DNA of 58,963 nucleotides. Origin: a virus (lineage: Duplodnaviria > Caudoviricetes). The stretch covers positions 1-58,963 of IMG/VR virus record IMGVR_UViG_3300025886_000023; one strand, written 5' to 3'. Positions 31,020-40,232 of this stretch are shown in pieces. Every line of letters begins with the position of its first letter. Positions within the stretch are counted from its first letter, which is position 1. A program made the position numbers and the translations under genes. The notes under the pieces are model-generated. The model was not told the origin of the DNA. It did no database searches and saw only the letters and a list, made by a program, of their open reading frames with translations.

Positions 31020-31819
31020 TTATTGGATTAGGACAAGCGGGATGTAACATCGCCGAACTATTTAAAGTAGACAAGAATTATAAAGTTTTCACCTATGATG
31101 GGGGCGATAATGTACCTGTTCAATCTTCATCCGAACGATACGAAGAAAAATTTACAAAGCAAAAAGAATTATCAAGAATTAAAAACAAAACTATCTGGTT
31201 TTTTGTTTGTGGTTCAGGAAAAATTGCTGGAGCTACTCTACGACTTCTTGAACAAGTCAAGAACAACAGAATAAATGTTGTTTATGTTATTCCAGATCTC
31301 ACTATCTTGTCCGATGTAGCTATAAAGCGAAATAAAATTAGCTTTAATGTTCTTCAGCAATTCGCAAGATCAGGATTAATAGAATCGGTTTATCTAGTTT
31401 CTAATCAAATGATGATGGAAATTGTAGGTGAAGCGCCTTTAACTGAATATTATAATAAAATGAATGAGCTTTTATTTAATTGTATTCATTCTCTTAATAT
31501 CTTTAACAACACTACACCAGTTTTTGGAAGCATGCATGAACCTAAAGAAATATCTCGAATTAGAACCTTTGTATTTCGTGAGGTAAAGAAAAAAGAAAAA
31601 AAGTTATTCTTTCCACTTGACAACCCTACAGAGACATGTTATATTTATAGTATAAATGAGAGCGAATTAAATAATAATTCTTCCCTTATTTCAGAGATAA
31701 AATCAACATTAGATGATAATGTTATTTCTTCTTTTTCAATTTATCAATCTTCCCATGAGTATTCATACGCTTATGGGATTTACTACACCCATTACATACA
31801 ATCCTTGGAGGGAAAATGA
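31013..31819 (+). CDS. Divergent tubulin/FtsZ-like protein
   Basis: N-terminal VIGLGQAGCNIA loop; GGGTGSG signature degenerate (CGSGKIAG); LVSN and N.L motifs in the expected order. Confidence 0.6.
   Translation: MVVIGLGQAGCNIAELFKVDKNYKVFTYDGGDNVPVQSSSERYEEKFTKQKELSRIKNKTIWFFVCGSGKIAGATLRLLEQVKNNRINVVYVIPDLTILSDVAIKRNKISFNVLQQFARSGLIESVYLVSNQMMMEIVGEAPLTEYYNKMNELLFNCIHSLNIFNNTTPVFGSMHEPKEISRIRTFVFREVKKKEKKLFFPLDNPTETCYIYSINESELNNNSSLISEIKSTLDDNVISSFSIYQSSHEYSYAYGIYYTHYIQSLEGK
31617..31645 (+). promoter_or_regulatory. Intragenic sigma70-type promoter
   Basis: TTGACA-N17-TATATT with TG extension. Confidence 0.65.
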
Positions 31820-32067
31820 AAAATTATGTAGTCTACACTGGAACATTTGTTAAGCAAAGCGGACATGAACGAACTATGCGTTTTATTCGTGTAACCGATG
31901 TACCAGACTCAGCATTCCGTACCGGAGCCGCTGGTCGAACCATGGCACGAAATCTTCGTGAAGGTTATGAAATTGTCTATGACATTGAGCGTCGTGGATT
32001 TAGAGCATTTAATTGGAATTCAACAGTTGGTACAGTAACCTCTGAAGAGACAAATTTCCAGTTTTAA
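31816..32067 (+). CDS. Small SH3/WYL_2 (DUF2693)-like protein
   Basis: TFVKQSG.ERTM...VYDIE..GFRAF pattern. Confidence 0.6.
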   Translation: MKNYVVYTGTFVKQSGHERTMRFIRVTDVPDSAFRTGAAGRTMARNLREGYEIVYDIERRGFRAFNWNSTVGTVTSEETNFQF

Positions 32068-32114
32068 TGAAATAAGAGTTTCTGAGGGTTCTCAAAAAAA
32101 CCCTCTCTTTTTAC

Positions 32115-32143
32115 TTGACAACATGCGGAGAACATGTTATATT
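32115..32143 (+). promoter_or_regulatory. sigma70-type promoter
   Basis: TTGACA-N17-TATATT with TG extension. Confidence 0.8.
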
Positions 32144-32223
32144 ATATGTAGAAAAGAACAAAATTTGGTTCTTTTATTTTAGGGTAGATCCCCTCAATGA
32201 TTAACAAACAAAAGGAGAAAATC

Positions 32224-32994
32224 ATGGCTATAGATCTGGAAGCAATGCGAGCAAAACTCGAACAATCAAAAAACGGATATAAAAAGAAAGGAGACAGCAC
32301 GAAATGGAGACCTGAACAAGGCGACCAAACAATACGAATTTTACCAACAGCGGATGGAGACCCGTTCAAAGAATATTTCTTTCACTATAATGTTGGAAAG
32401 AACCCCGGACTATTATGTCCAAAGAAGAATCATGGAGAAAATTGTCCAATCTGCGACTACGCTTCTAAGCTTTGGCGAGAAGGTGTAGATAATAATGATG
32501 ATGTGGCCAAACGAGAAGCTAAGAATCTCTTTGCGCGAAATCGGTATTACTCACCAATCTTGGTCCGAGGAATGGAAAGTGAAGGAGTAAAGGTATGGGC
32601 TTACGGTAAGACCGCTTACCAAATGCTTCTTGGATATGTTCTCGATCCAGATTATGGTGACATCACAGATCCAGAAACAGGCACAGATATTGTCTTGAAT
32701 TATGACATTCCCGGTACTCCGGGCTCATTTCCAAAGACAACTTTAAAGCCTCGTCGTCGTCCGTCAGTTCTTTGTGATGATGCGGTTGCTGATTGTGCCA
32801 CACTTCTTGAATCTATTCCTGAAATTGAAGCACTATTTGAACGAAAAACTGGCATCGAATTACAGACTATCTTAGATGCTTATCATGAAGGTGAACCACC
32901 TGCTCAAGCTTCAACAGATACAACTGCTGGGGTGGAAAAATATGCTTCAGTAGGTGATGATGTCTTAGGCGCTATGAATAGACTTAAAGCTTAA
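32224..32994 (+). CDS. Single-stranded DNA-binding protein (gp32-like)
   Basis: IRILP, H..CP..G..CPIC Zn site, YGDITDPETG.D; SD AAGGAG. Confidence 0.85.
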   Translation: MAIDLEAMRAKLEQSKNGYKKKGDSTKWRPEQGDQTIRILPTADGDPFKEYFFHYNVGKNPGLLCPKKNHGENCPICDYASKLWREGVDNNDDVAKREAKNLFARNRYYSPILVRGMESEGVKVWAYGKTAYQMLLGYVLDPDYGDITDPETGTDIVLNYDIPGTPGSFPKTTLKPRRRPSVLCDDAVADCATLLESIPEIEALFERKTGIELQTILDAYHEGEPPAQASTDTTAGVEKYASVGDDVLGAMNRLKA

Positions 32995-33007
32995 AGTTTG
33001 CTCCCCA

Positions 33008-33032
33008 CGGGCGGAGGGATAAATCCGCCCAC
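33008..33032. repeat. 25-bp hairpin direct repeat, copy 1
   Basis: CGGGCGGAGGGATAAATCCGCCCAC, identical at 34668. Confidence 0.9.
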
Positions 33033-33142
33033 TATGTCAGCAAAATACATACCTCCTCGCGGTGCTGATGGTAACACTTATGTGGCTAAATGTAACTATT
33101 ACTTGGATCATAGCGATTCGAAACTAACTATAGGAAAATAAC

Positions 33143-34657
33143 ATGTTAAATGAAAAAATGGGCTCGTTTGTGCCGAAAACAGACTTAAACAATCTTTATG
33201 GATTAGTAATCCCATCAGCGGGACACAGTTTCTTTGATGCTTTAATGGATTTGCTGGATAATTGCTTTGATGCTTTAGCAACAGATATGAAAATAGAAAC
33301 AATGTTAGATAATGACGGAAAACTTGTTGGATGGTGTATAGCAGATAATGGGACCGGAATGGATTTGGGAACATTACAAAAAGCTTTGACTTATTCGGCT
33401 GGCTCAATTCATAAGCCCGGAGATCTAGGAAAGTTTTCTATCGGTGGTACGACAGCATGCGGTACTATTGGTGAATATCGCACAGTTTTTACAAAAACTG
33501 AAACCGGTAGTCTGTTAGTTGGAGAACAAGATTATACAGATGTGACAAACAAAACTAAAATACGGCTTGCTACCGAAGACGAAATATCTTGGTTCAAAAC
33601 GGAAGTCGGTGAAACAGGAACAATCATACTGATTACGAATTTGAGACGACAGAAGCAGTCTTTTAGTAGGGTTGGCGATTATGTTAACAGAATAATAAAA
33701 GAAGTTGCAAAAGTTTTTTATTGTCGATTAGATAAGGATCACAAAATTGTGGTAAAGAATGGCTTAAAACAGAGAAATATTAACCCAGTTGATCCACTTT
33801 ATTCAACAACAGAGCCCGAGAAAGTGAAAGGTTCTATAATGACAAGCATTATTCAATATCAAGGACACGACATATCTATCAGAATGGTTGAAATTGATGC
33901 CGATACTACTAGTCATCAAGAAAGAGCCTATGATCTTTCTGGTCTTTATTTGTGCCGCAATGATAGATTAATTGGCCCTGCTATCTCCATAAAGGGTGTA
34001 TGGAACAGATCTACTAGAACAAACTTGGGTCGTGTTGAAATCAGTTTTACTGAAGCCCTTGATGAAGCATTTGGTGTCACAAACATCAAAAACAAGGTGG
34101 ACCCTGAACAATCATTGGTTGATAAATTGTCCGAGGTTATTAAGCCATTTTACAAATATCTTAACGAATCACACAATGCACCAAAGAAAACTATGGAGAA
34201 TTTAGAAGAGGTTGAAAGTAAGTTCAATTCTACAATTTATTCTAAATTGTCTGACTTGCTACCAATATCATCAACTGGGAAAGCAAGAAAGCCAAAGAGA
34301 AAGACTGGTACCAATCCAAAAGGTGCTGGAAAAGGTTCTCCAAGAGCTGCAAAGCCTCGTGCTTTACCAAAATATCGCCATGTGAGTATGCCAAGAGTTT
34401 TGGATCCTTGGTGGACGGAATATAATCGCTCCGGCGATTCAATTGAGTTAGAAGTGGTGATAAATCAAGGAAACAAATTTATCGAAGACTATTATGTAAA
34501 TGGCACGGAGCGCGAACAGAAAATGATTCTAATATTGGCTTTATCTGAGTGCTTAACAAGAGGTGACTTCGATGATGACAGATTGGATTCCATTGATGCT
34601 TTTGTAGTCAACAAGGCCAAAAGAGTTGGCGAAGTTTACAAAAGATATTCAAAATGA
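33143..34657 (+). CDS. GHKL (MORC/MutL/Hsp90-like) ATPase
   Basis: N-box ALMDLLDNCFDA, G1 DNGTGM, G2 DLGKFSIG, GETGTII; S5-like GLYLCRNDRLI. Confidence 0.8.
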   Translation: MLNEKMGSFVPKTDLNNLYGLVIPSAGHSFFDALMDLLDNCFDALATDMKIETMLDNDGKLVGWCIADNGTGMDLGTLQKALTYSAGSIHKPGDLGKFSIGGTTACGTIGEYRTVFTKTETGSLLVGEQDYTDVTNKTKIRLATEDEISWFKTEVGETGTIILITNLRRQKQSFSRVGDYVNRIIKEVAKVFYCRLDKDHKIVVKNGLKQRNINPVDPLYSTTEPEKVKGSIMTSIIQYQGHDISIRMVEIDADTTSHQERAYDLSGLYLCRNDRLIGPAISIKGVWNRSTRTNLGRVEISFTEALDEAFGVTNIKNKVDPEQSLVDKLSEVIKPFYKYLNESHNAPKKTMENLEEVESKFNSTIYSKLSDLLPISSTGKARKPKRKTGTNPKGAGKGSPRAAKPRALPKYRHVSMPRVLDPWWTEYNRSGDSIELEVVINQGNKFIEDYYVNGTEREQKMILILALSECLTRGDFDDDRLDSIDAFVVNKAKRVGEVYKRYSK

Positions 34658-34667
34658 CTAATTCCCT

Positions 34668-34692
34668 CGGGCGGAGGGATAAATCCGCCCAC
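34668..34692. repeat. 25-bp hairpin direct repeat, copy 2
   Basis: Identical to 33008-33032. Confidence 0.9.
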
Positions 34693-34713
34693 CTTTACTT
34701 AACAGGAGAAAAA

Positions 34714-35103
34714 ATGAGTAATACTAATATAGACTTAGATAGAACAACCCCACGGAAGAGTTATACTGTGGGAGACTGGGAATATGACACCTTTGAGGAG
34801 TATGTTGAAGCCATTGACGAAGAGACCTTTTACGAAGACAGGTGTCCCGAATACCTAATAGAGGAACACCAAGAAGTAGTAGATCACTATGTTGATTTCA
34901 AGCGAGGATATGAAGAAACACTTTATGTTTTTTCGGAAGACTACGCAGCAACAGGCCGACCAAAGCCAGCTAAAAAAGACCGAAAGTATTATGGTGTTAG
35001 TATAACCGAATACAACCATGGAGAAACTAGCGACTGGGAAGGCTTTTCTACATACGAACTGAAATCTCGTCGTATAACAGTTAAAGAATGGACCCAAGTA
35101 TAA
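34714..35103 (+). CDS. Acidic hypothetical protein
   Basis: SD AGGAG before the ATG at 34714. Confidence 0.65.
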   Translation: MSNTNIDLDRTTPRKSYTVGDWEYDTFEEYVEAIDEETFYEDRCPEYLIEEHQEVVDHYVDFKRGYEETLYVFSEDYAATGRPKPAKKDRKYYGVSITEYNHGETSDWEGFSTYELKSRRITVKEWTQV

Positions 35104-35122
35104 TCAACAAACGGAGGCCCAC

Positions 35123-36259
35123 ATGGGTAAAGTAGTGAAAATGAAAGAAGCAAAACAAACAAAAGCCGGAAAGTTATCGACAGGCGATATGAGAAAAATG
35201 ATCAACAAGACAGCCGGTATGAATGTTGCCCATAACCTCAAAGAAGATAACCCAACAGCAGTTACAGATTGGATTCCAACGGGATCAAGATGGCTTGATT
35301 CAATCATCTGTAAAGGCAAGATGGCGGGTATTCCCGTCGGAAAGGTGACCGAGATTGCTGGACTATCAGCATCTGGAAAATCCTTTATGGCAACTCAGAT
35401 AGCAGCAAATGCCCAGAAGATGGGCATGACTGTTGTATATTTTGATGCCGAGTCCTCAATTGATCCCTCGTTCCTTGAGCGTTCTGGAATCAATTTAAAG
35501 GACTTGCTTTATGTCCAAGCAGTATCAGTTGAGAAGACTCTAGAACAAATAGAGTCTCTCTTGGCTAACTTCCCAGAAAATCAATTTCTGTTTATTTGGG
35601 ATAGTATTGCTGCGACAGCCGCAGAGAAAGATATTGAAGGAGACTTTAACCCACAGTCTTCAATGGCTGTAAAGCCCCGTATCTTTGCTAAGGCATTCCC
35701 CAAGTTGACCATTCCAATTGCTAATACAAAATCAGCAGTTGTTTTGATCAACCAACTCAAGACAAATATTACAAACAACATGGCCGAAGCAATGACTACT
35801 CCCTTCATTGCTCCCGGTGGTAAAGCAATAGAATATTTTTGTTCTTTGAGAATCTGGTTAACTCGCCGAAAGGCCAAGGCGTCCTATGTTGAAAACGACA
35901 AAGGTTTTCGTGTTGGCTCGGAGACCAAAGCAAAGATTGAGAAGTCTCGCTTTGGAACCTACGGTAGAACTTGTACCTTTAAAATCCTATGGGGAGACGA
36001 TGTAGGAATCCAAGATGAGGAATCTTGGTTTGAGGCAATAAAGTTATCTGGAACGGATCGTATGAAGAGATCTGGAGCTTGGTATACTATTTGCGATGAG
36101 AAAGGCAAAGAGTATAAATTCCAAGCAGCTAAGTGGATAGAACAGCTTCAAGATCCGAAGTTTAGAAAGATTGTGTATGACATTATGGACAAAGAGATTA
36201 TCGATAAATATGAAGACGATGGGTCTGATATAGACATTGATCTTCCCTCTGAACCATAA
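35123..36259 (+). CDS. recA: RecA/UvsX recombinase
   Basis: IPTGS..LD, Walker A GLSASGKS, DAE, WDSIA, INQL, PGGKA, GAWY. Confidence 0.93.
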   Translation: MGKVVKMKEAKQTKAGKLSTGDMRKMINKTAGMNVAHNLKEDNPTAVTDWIPTGSRWLDSIICKGKMAGIPVGKVTEIAGLSASGKSFMATQIAANAQKMGMTVVYFDAESSIDPSFLERSGINLKDLLYVQAVSVEKTLEQIESLLANFPENQFLFIWDSIAATAAEKDIEGDFNPQSSMAVKPRIFAKAFPKLTIPIANTKSAVVLINQLKTNITNNMAEAMTTPFIAPGGKAIEYFCSLRIWLTRRKAKASYVENDKGFRVGSETKAKIEKSRFGTYGRTCTFKILWGDDVGIQDEESWFEAIKLSGTDRMKRSGAWYTICDEKGKEYKFQAAKWIEQLQDPKFRKIVYDIMDKEIIDKYEDDGSDIDIDLPSEP

Positions 36260-36269
36260 TTTACTCCTT

Positions 36270-36294
36270 GCCGCCACCTTCGGGTGGCGGTTTT
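36270..36294 (+). terminator. Rho-independent terminator
   Basis: GCCGCCACC-TTCG-GGTGGCGGT + TTT. Confidence 0.85.
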
Positions 36295-36321
36295 GTATAC
36301 TATTTAATCAAAGGAGAAATC

Positions 36322-36525
36322 ATGGCAAGAACATTATGGCCGCTTGGATCAGTTGTTTGTTTTAAAGAATATCCAGATTTTGAGTACACTCTTACAGATC
36401 GTGTTACCATTGGACACAAAAAGATAATTGCTTTGTGGAATAAAGAGAAGTTTTCAATACACTGGGCCTTTTTAGAAGAATTAGAATTAGTTAAACTTCC
36501 CCCAAAAAAGACAAAACCTGTTTGA
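36322..36525 (+). CDS. Small hypothetical late protein
   Basis: SD AAGGAG, late motif at 36299. Confidence 0.6.
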   Translation: MARTLWPLGSVVCFKEYPDFEYTLTDRVTIGHKKIIALWNKEKFSIHWAFLEELELVKLPPKKTKPV

Positions 36526-36560
36526 AAACCTATTTAATAGTACCAAAAAAGGAGAATATT

Positions 36561-36743
36561 ATGGAAAGCCCCATTTTAGAACAATACGAACAATTAAAAA
36601 CTTTACTTGGTTCTATCGAAGAAAATATTAGAAAGAATGTTGCTGGTAATAAATCTGCTGGTGTTCGAACCCGCAAAGCCTTAAGACAATTAAAGAAAGA
36701 TATTTCTTCACTAGTAAAAGAGACGATAGAAGCAGAAAAATAA
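36561..36743 (+). CDS. Histone H1-like (Hc1 family) small protein
   Basis: GNKSAGVRTRKAL..LK signature; SD AAGGAG; late motif at 36530. Confidence 0.75.
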   Translation: MESPILEQYEQLKTLLGSIEENIRKNVAGNKSAGVRTRKALRQLKKDISSLVKETIEAEK

Positions 36744-36781
36744 TTTCTATAATCTATTTTTAAGTTTTTTTTATTAAACCC

Positions 36782-36810
36782 TTGACAAATGTCAGGGGTT
36801 TTGTTATATT
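36782..36810 (+). promoter_or_regulatory. sigma70-type promoter
   Basis: TTGACA-N17-TATATT with TG extension. Confidence 0.75.
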
Positions 36811-36829
36811 ATAAACATAATTCATATAG

Positions 36830-36994
36830 ATGGAAGAATTATTACTTGAGCCCGAAACCCTGTTCAACATTAAACATGTTATGGTTTACTTGGTATGCTT
36901 GTATAGTCTTACAGCCGTCGCTTGGATTGTTTTTATTGACTGGTCCTGCAAAGATAAGGACGAAGAACTACGGAGACATAATGAAAGAAAATAA
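36830..36994 (+). CDS. 54-aa single-pass membrane protein (absent from ORF track)
   Basis: MEELLLEPETLFNIKHVMVYLVCLYSLTAVAWIVFIDWSCKDKDEELRRHNERK fills the space between two promoters. Confidence 0.55.
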   Translation: MEELLLEPETLFNIKHVMVYLVCLYSLTAVAWIVFIDWSCKDKDEELRRHNERK

Positions 36995-36997
36995 AAC

Positions 36998-37025
36998 TTG
37001 ACAACACTCCTCATCGTGTTATATT
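36998..37025 (+). promoter_or_regulatory. sigma70-type promoter
   Basis: TTGACA-N16-TATATT with TG extension. Confidence 0.75.
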
Positions 37026-37047
37026 ATATGTATAAAAAGGAGATAGA

Positions 37048-38004
37048 ATGAAAGAAGTAATTTTAATTGACGGCTTAAATATGTTCCTCCGGAGCTATGT
37101 GGTAGTCCCCGCACTTGACCCCAAGGGCCGACCCATCGGCGGATGCATGGGGTTTCTCAAGTCTCTCCAAAAGATGGTCCGCACCTTCCAGCCAGACGAA
37201 GTTGTTATCTGTTGGGACGGCCAAGGCGGAAGCCAACGACGGAGAGCACAAAATAAAGATTATAAACAAGGCAGAGCCCCGCTCCGATTCAACCGACGAA
37301 TGTACGAGTTATCACCAGAGGCACAAGCCGAGAACAAAGCATATCAATATTATAGGCTCTTGGAGTATCTCAACGAGATGCCAGTCATCCAAGTTGTAAT
37401 TGATAACACAGAAGCCGACGATTTAGTGGCACTGCTTTGTAGGTCAAAACATTACGAAGGATGGAAGAAAACCATTATTTCAAGCGATAAGGACTTCTAC
37501 CAACTGGCAGACGACGAAACCTCAATCTATCGCCCTATTCAAGATAAAATGGTCACAACAGAGACACTTGTGGAAGAGTTCGGGATACACCCCAACAACT
37601 TTGCTCTTGCCCGAGCGATTGCCGGAGACCCTTCCGATAATATTAAAGGCATTGGTCGAGTCGGTCTTGGAACAATAAAGAAGCGATTAGAATTTATGAG
37701 AGAACCCGAAGACCAAACCGTTCAATCGTTAGTAGAACATTGTCAAAAAGTTGAAAAGAAATTGTCTTGTCATAATAAGATTATTGATAAGCGAGATGTA
37801 ATTCATCAGAACTATTTAATCATGCAATTATATTCTCCAAAGATATCTCCGATTAATAGAGAAAAGCTACTATATAATGTCCAACACCACGAGCCCGAAG
37901 TAAATATCAGCACAATAAAAATGATGATGATAACCGATGGCTTCGGTGCTTACAGATTTGATGATCTTTTTGGGTCGTTTCGTCGTCTTTGCTCATACTT
38001 ATAA
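37048..38004 (+). CDS. 5'-3' exonuclease/flap endonuclease (PolI N-terminal or T4 RNase H-like)
   Basis: LIDG.N, WDG, YKQGR, EADD, SSDKDFYQL, GDPSDNIKGI..VG. Confidence 0.9.
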   Translation: MKEVILIDGLNMFLRSYVVVPALDPKGRPIGGCMGFLKSLQKMVRTFQPDEVVICWDGQGGSQRRRAQNKDYKQGRAPLRFNRRMYELSPEAQAENKAYQYYRLLEYLNEMPVIQVVIDNTEADDLVALLCRSKHYEGWKKTIISSDKDFYQLADDETSIYRPIQDKMVTTETLVEEFGIHPNNFALARAIAGDPSDNIKGIGRVGLGTIKKRLEFMREPEDQTVQSLVEHCQKVEKKLSCHNKIIDKRDVIHQNYLIMQLYSPKISPINREKLLYNVQHHEPEVNISTIKMMMITDGFGAYRFDDLFGSFRRLCSYL

Positions 38005-38022
38005 TAAACTGGGAGGTTTACC

Positions 38023-38349
38023 ATGAACACTTACTTTTACGCAATTATTTCTGCTTGTACAACAATGACTCCATCCTTTGAAGATACCGGTGTTCACGAC
38101 TATAGTTGGGAATGGTCATGTACTGAAGTCCCATTACAAACAACCTCCATCAATGTGAAAGCAGTGGTAACTTATCCACGAGTTTTTTCAACAGAGATGA
38201 CCTTATTTGACAAACACGATTTGCGGATTATTGATATACCTCTCAATCAGGTGACTGAAGTAGATTGGGAGAACAGTGCTCAAATAAATGGTTTTAAATG
38301 TGACCCAGACGCCAAGACCAAACTTACCTTTGAGGTGGTGGATGAGTAA
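38023..38349 (+). CDS. Hypothetical protein
   Basis: SD GGAGG. Confidence 0.6.
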   Translation: MNTYFYAIISACTTMTPSFEDTGVHDYSWEWSCTEVPLQTTSINVKAVVTYPRVFSTEMTLFDKHDLRIIDIPLNQVTEVDWENSAQINGFKCDPDAKTKLTFEVVDE

Positions 38350-38689
38350 AGCTTTCTTCTATGGGCTTTTCTTTTTTATAATCGGACACACACTAGCTTG
38401 GTATGGATCGAATCTTCAATTCATATCTGAATGGTGGAAACAACGGTCCTTGCTAATCTGTTGTATGATTGCTATCCCAACATCATTAATGTGGTATTTT
38501 GGTACCCGATTTCTCATGGAATGGTCTCCGCAATTATGGACAATGCGCTTTATTGGGTTCTCTGTTTCTTATCTAACTTTCCCTTTATTAACTTGGTATT
38601 ATCTCGGCGAATCCCCGTTCACACTGAAAACCATACTTTGCTCACTATTGGCATTTACAATAGTTATGATTCAAATTGGAATGAAATAG
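38342..38689 (+). CDS. Small multi-pass membrane protein (DMT/SMR-like)
   Basis: Four hydrophobic segments; YLGE....K pattern. Confidence 0.55.
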   Translation: MSKAFFYGLFFFIIGHTLAWYGSNLQFISEWWKQRSLLICCMIAIPTSLMWYFGTRFLMEWSPQLWTMRFIGFSVSYLTFPLLTWYYLGESPFTLKTILCSLLAFTIVMIQIGMK

Positions 38690-38812
38690 TAAATCATTAT
38701 TCAGTAACCTCGTACAGAGTTAGATGAAAAGCATACAAATAAAAAAACAACTAAAAACCCTATTAAAAACGGCTTTTTCAACAAATAACACTATAACAAT
38801 AAAAATAATAAC

Positions 38813-38850
38813 TTGACATACTTTTCCTATTATGTTATTATAATTATAAT
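38813..38850 (+). promoter_or_regulatory. sigma70-type promoter
   Basis: TTGACA followed by TGTTATTATAAT upstream of the helicase. Confidence 0.65.
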
Positions 38851-38864
38851 ACATCGGAGTAATA

Positions 38865-40223
38865 ATGCAACAACAAACAGACAACTTTGCTAAGTTTGGT
38901 AAGAGTTTCCAAGATTCACTTTGCCAGCTTATGCTAGAGGACAGACCATTCTGCGACCAAATCACAGAGGTTTTAACAATTGATTTCTTAGAGACAAAAT
39001 ATCTTCAGGTATTTGTCAAGACCATAATGGATTACCGCAGCAGGTATAATGTCCATCCCACCTATAAAATCCTCGCAACAATATTTAAATCAGGTATCAC
39101 TGAATATGATGATGCAGTACAAAAGCAAGTAAGAGATTATTATGCTCGTGTGATTGCCTCTGATAAAGTAAATGATGCTGATTATATCAAAGAGACAGCC
39201 ATTGATTTCTGTCGTAAGCAAGTTCTTAAGCAAGCCATGATGAAATCTGTTGGACTTCTAAAGTCTTCATCATTTGATGAGATTTCACAAGTAATCAACA
39301 ATGCTCTTAAGCTTGGCTCCGACAATAACTTCGGACACGATTACCTTGCCGACTTCGAGAGACGCTTTGAATTAAAAATAAGAAACCCTGTCTCAACTGG
39401 ATGGGAAAGAATGGATGACCTTTGTAAAGGCGGACTAGGCAAATCAGAAATGGGTGTTGTAATCGCTCCCACGGGTGCTGGTAAGTCAATGGTATTGGTT
39501 CACTTAGGAACTCAAGCCCTTAAGTTAGGAAAGACAGTTGTCCATTACACATTAGAGTTAGCTGATACAACAGTCGGTTCTCGTTATGATTCTTGCTTAA
39601 CTGGAATTCCATTAAATGATCTGATGACAAACAAGGCAGAAATTTACGACCAGATTCAAGATATTGAGGGCGCCTTGATTGTAAAAGAATACCCAACAAA
39701 GTCAGCCACTACTCAAACTATCAAGAATCACCTTGAACGATTGAAGAAAAGAGGTATTCACCCTGATATGATTATCGTTGATTATGCGGATTTATTACGA
39801 CCAATTAAGGCAAAAAATGAGAAAAGACACGAGTTGGAAACTATTTATGAAGACCTTCGCGGTATCTCTCAAATTATGGAATGTCCTGTTTGGACAGCAT
39901 CCCAGACGAACCGATCAGGTCTCAATGCCGAAGTCATAACGATGGAAGCAATTTCAGAAGCATTTAACAAATGTTTTGTGGCGGACTTTATTTTTACAGT
40001 ATCTCGAACAATTGAAGACAAGCAGGCTAATATGGGTCGCATCTTTCTTGCGAAGAACCGAAATGGACCCGATGGATTAGTGTTGCCGCTCTTCATGGAT
40101 ACATCAAATGTCTGTATAAAAATATTAGAAGACCAAGATGAGTTGCATGAACAACGGGCGAACCCCGTCGCGAATGCCAAAGAACACATCAAGAATAAAT
40201 ATTCACATTTAATGAACAAATAG
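38865..40223 (+). CDS. dnaB: Replicative DNA helicase (DnaB/gp41-like)
   Basis: Walker A APTGAGKS, TLE, IIVDYAD, WTASQTNRSG, KNRNGPDG. Confidence 0.92.
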   Translation: MQQQTDNFAKFGKSFQDSLCQLMLEDRPFCDQITEVLTIDFLETKYLQVFVKTIMDYRSRYNVHPTYKILATIFKSGITEYDDAVQKQVRDYYARVIASDKVNDADYIKETAIDFCRKQVLKQAMMKSVGLLKSSSFDEISQVINNALKLGSDNNFGHDYLADFERRFELKIRNPVSTGWERMDDLCKGGLGKSEMGVVIAPTGAGKSMVLVHLGTQALKLGKTVVHYTLELADTTVGSRYDSCLTGIPLNDLMTNKAEIYDQIQDIEGALIVKEYPTKSATTQTIKNHLERLKKRGIHPDMIIVDYADLLRPIKAKNEKRHELETIYEDLRGISQIMECPVWTASQTNRSGLNAEVITMEAISEAFNKCFVADFIFTVSRTIEDKQANMGRIFLAKNRNGPDGLVLPLFMDTSNVCIKILEDQDELHEQRANPVANAKEHIKNKYSHLMNK

Positions 40224-40232
40224 GAGTTATAC

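Noticed and set aside
31013-31819. Evidence for a nucleus-forming (chimallin) phage
   Set aside because: Structural genes are T4-like, no chimallin or multisubunit RNAP in the window, and the tubulin motif is degenerate
36789-37001. 70-aa ORF from the track
   Set aside because: Starts inside the promoter spacer; the 36830..36994 frame fits better
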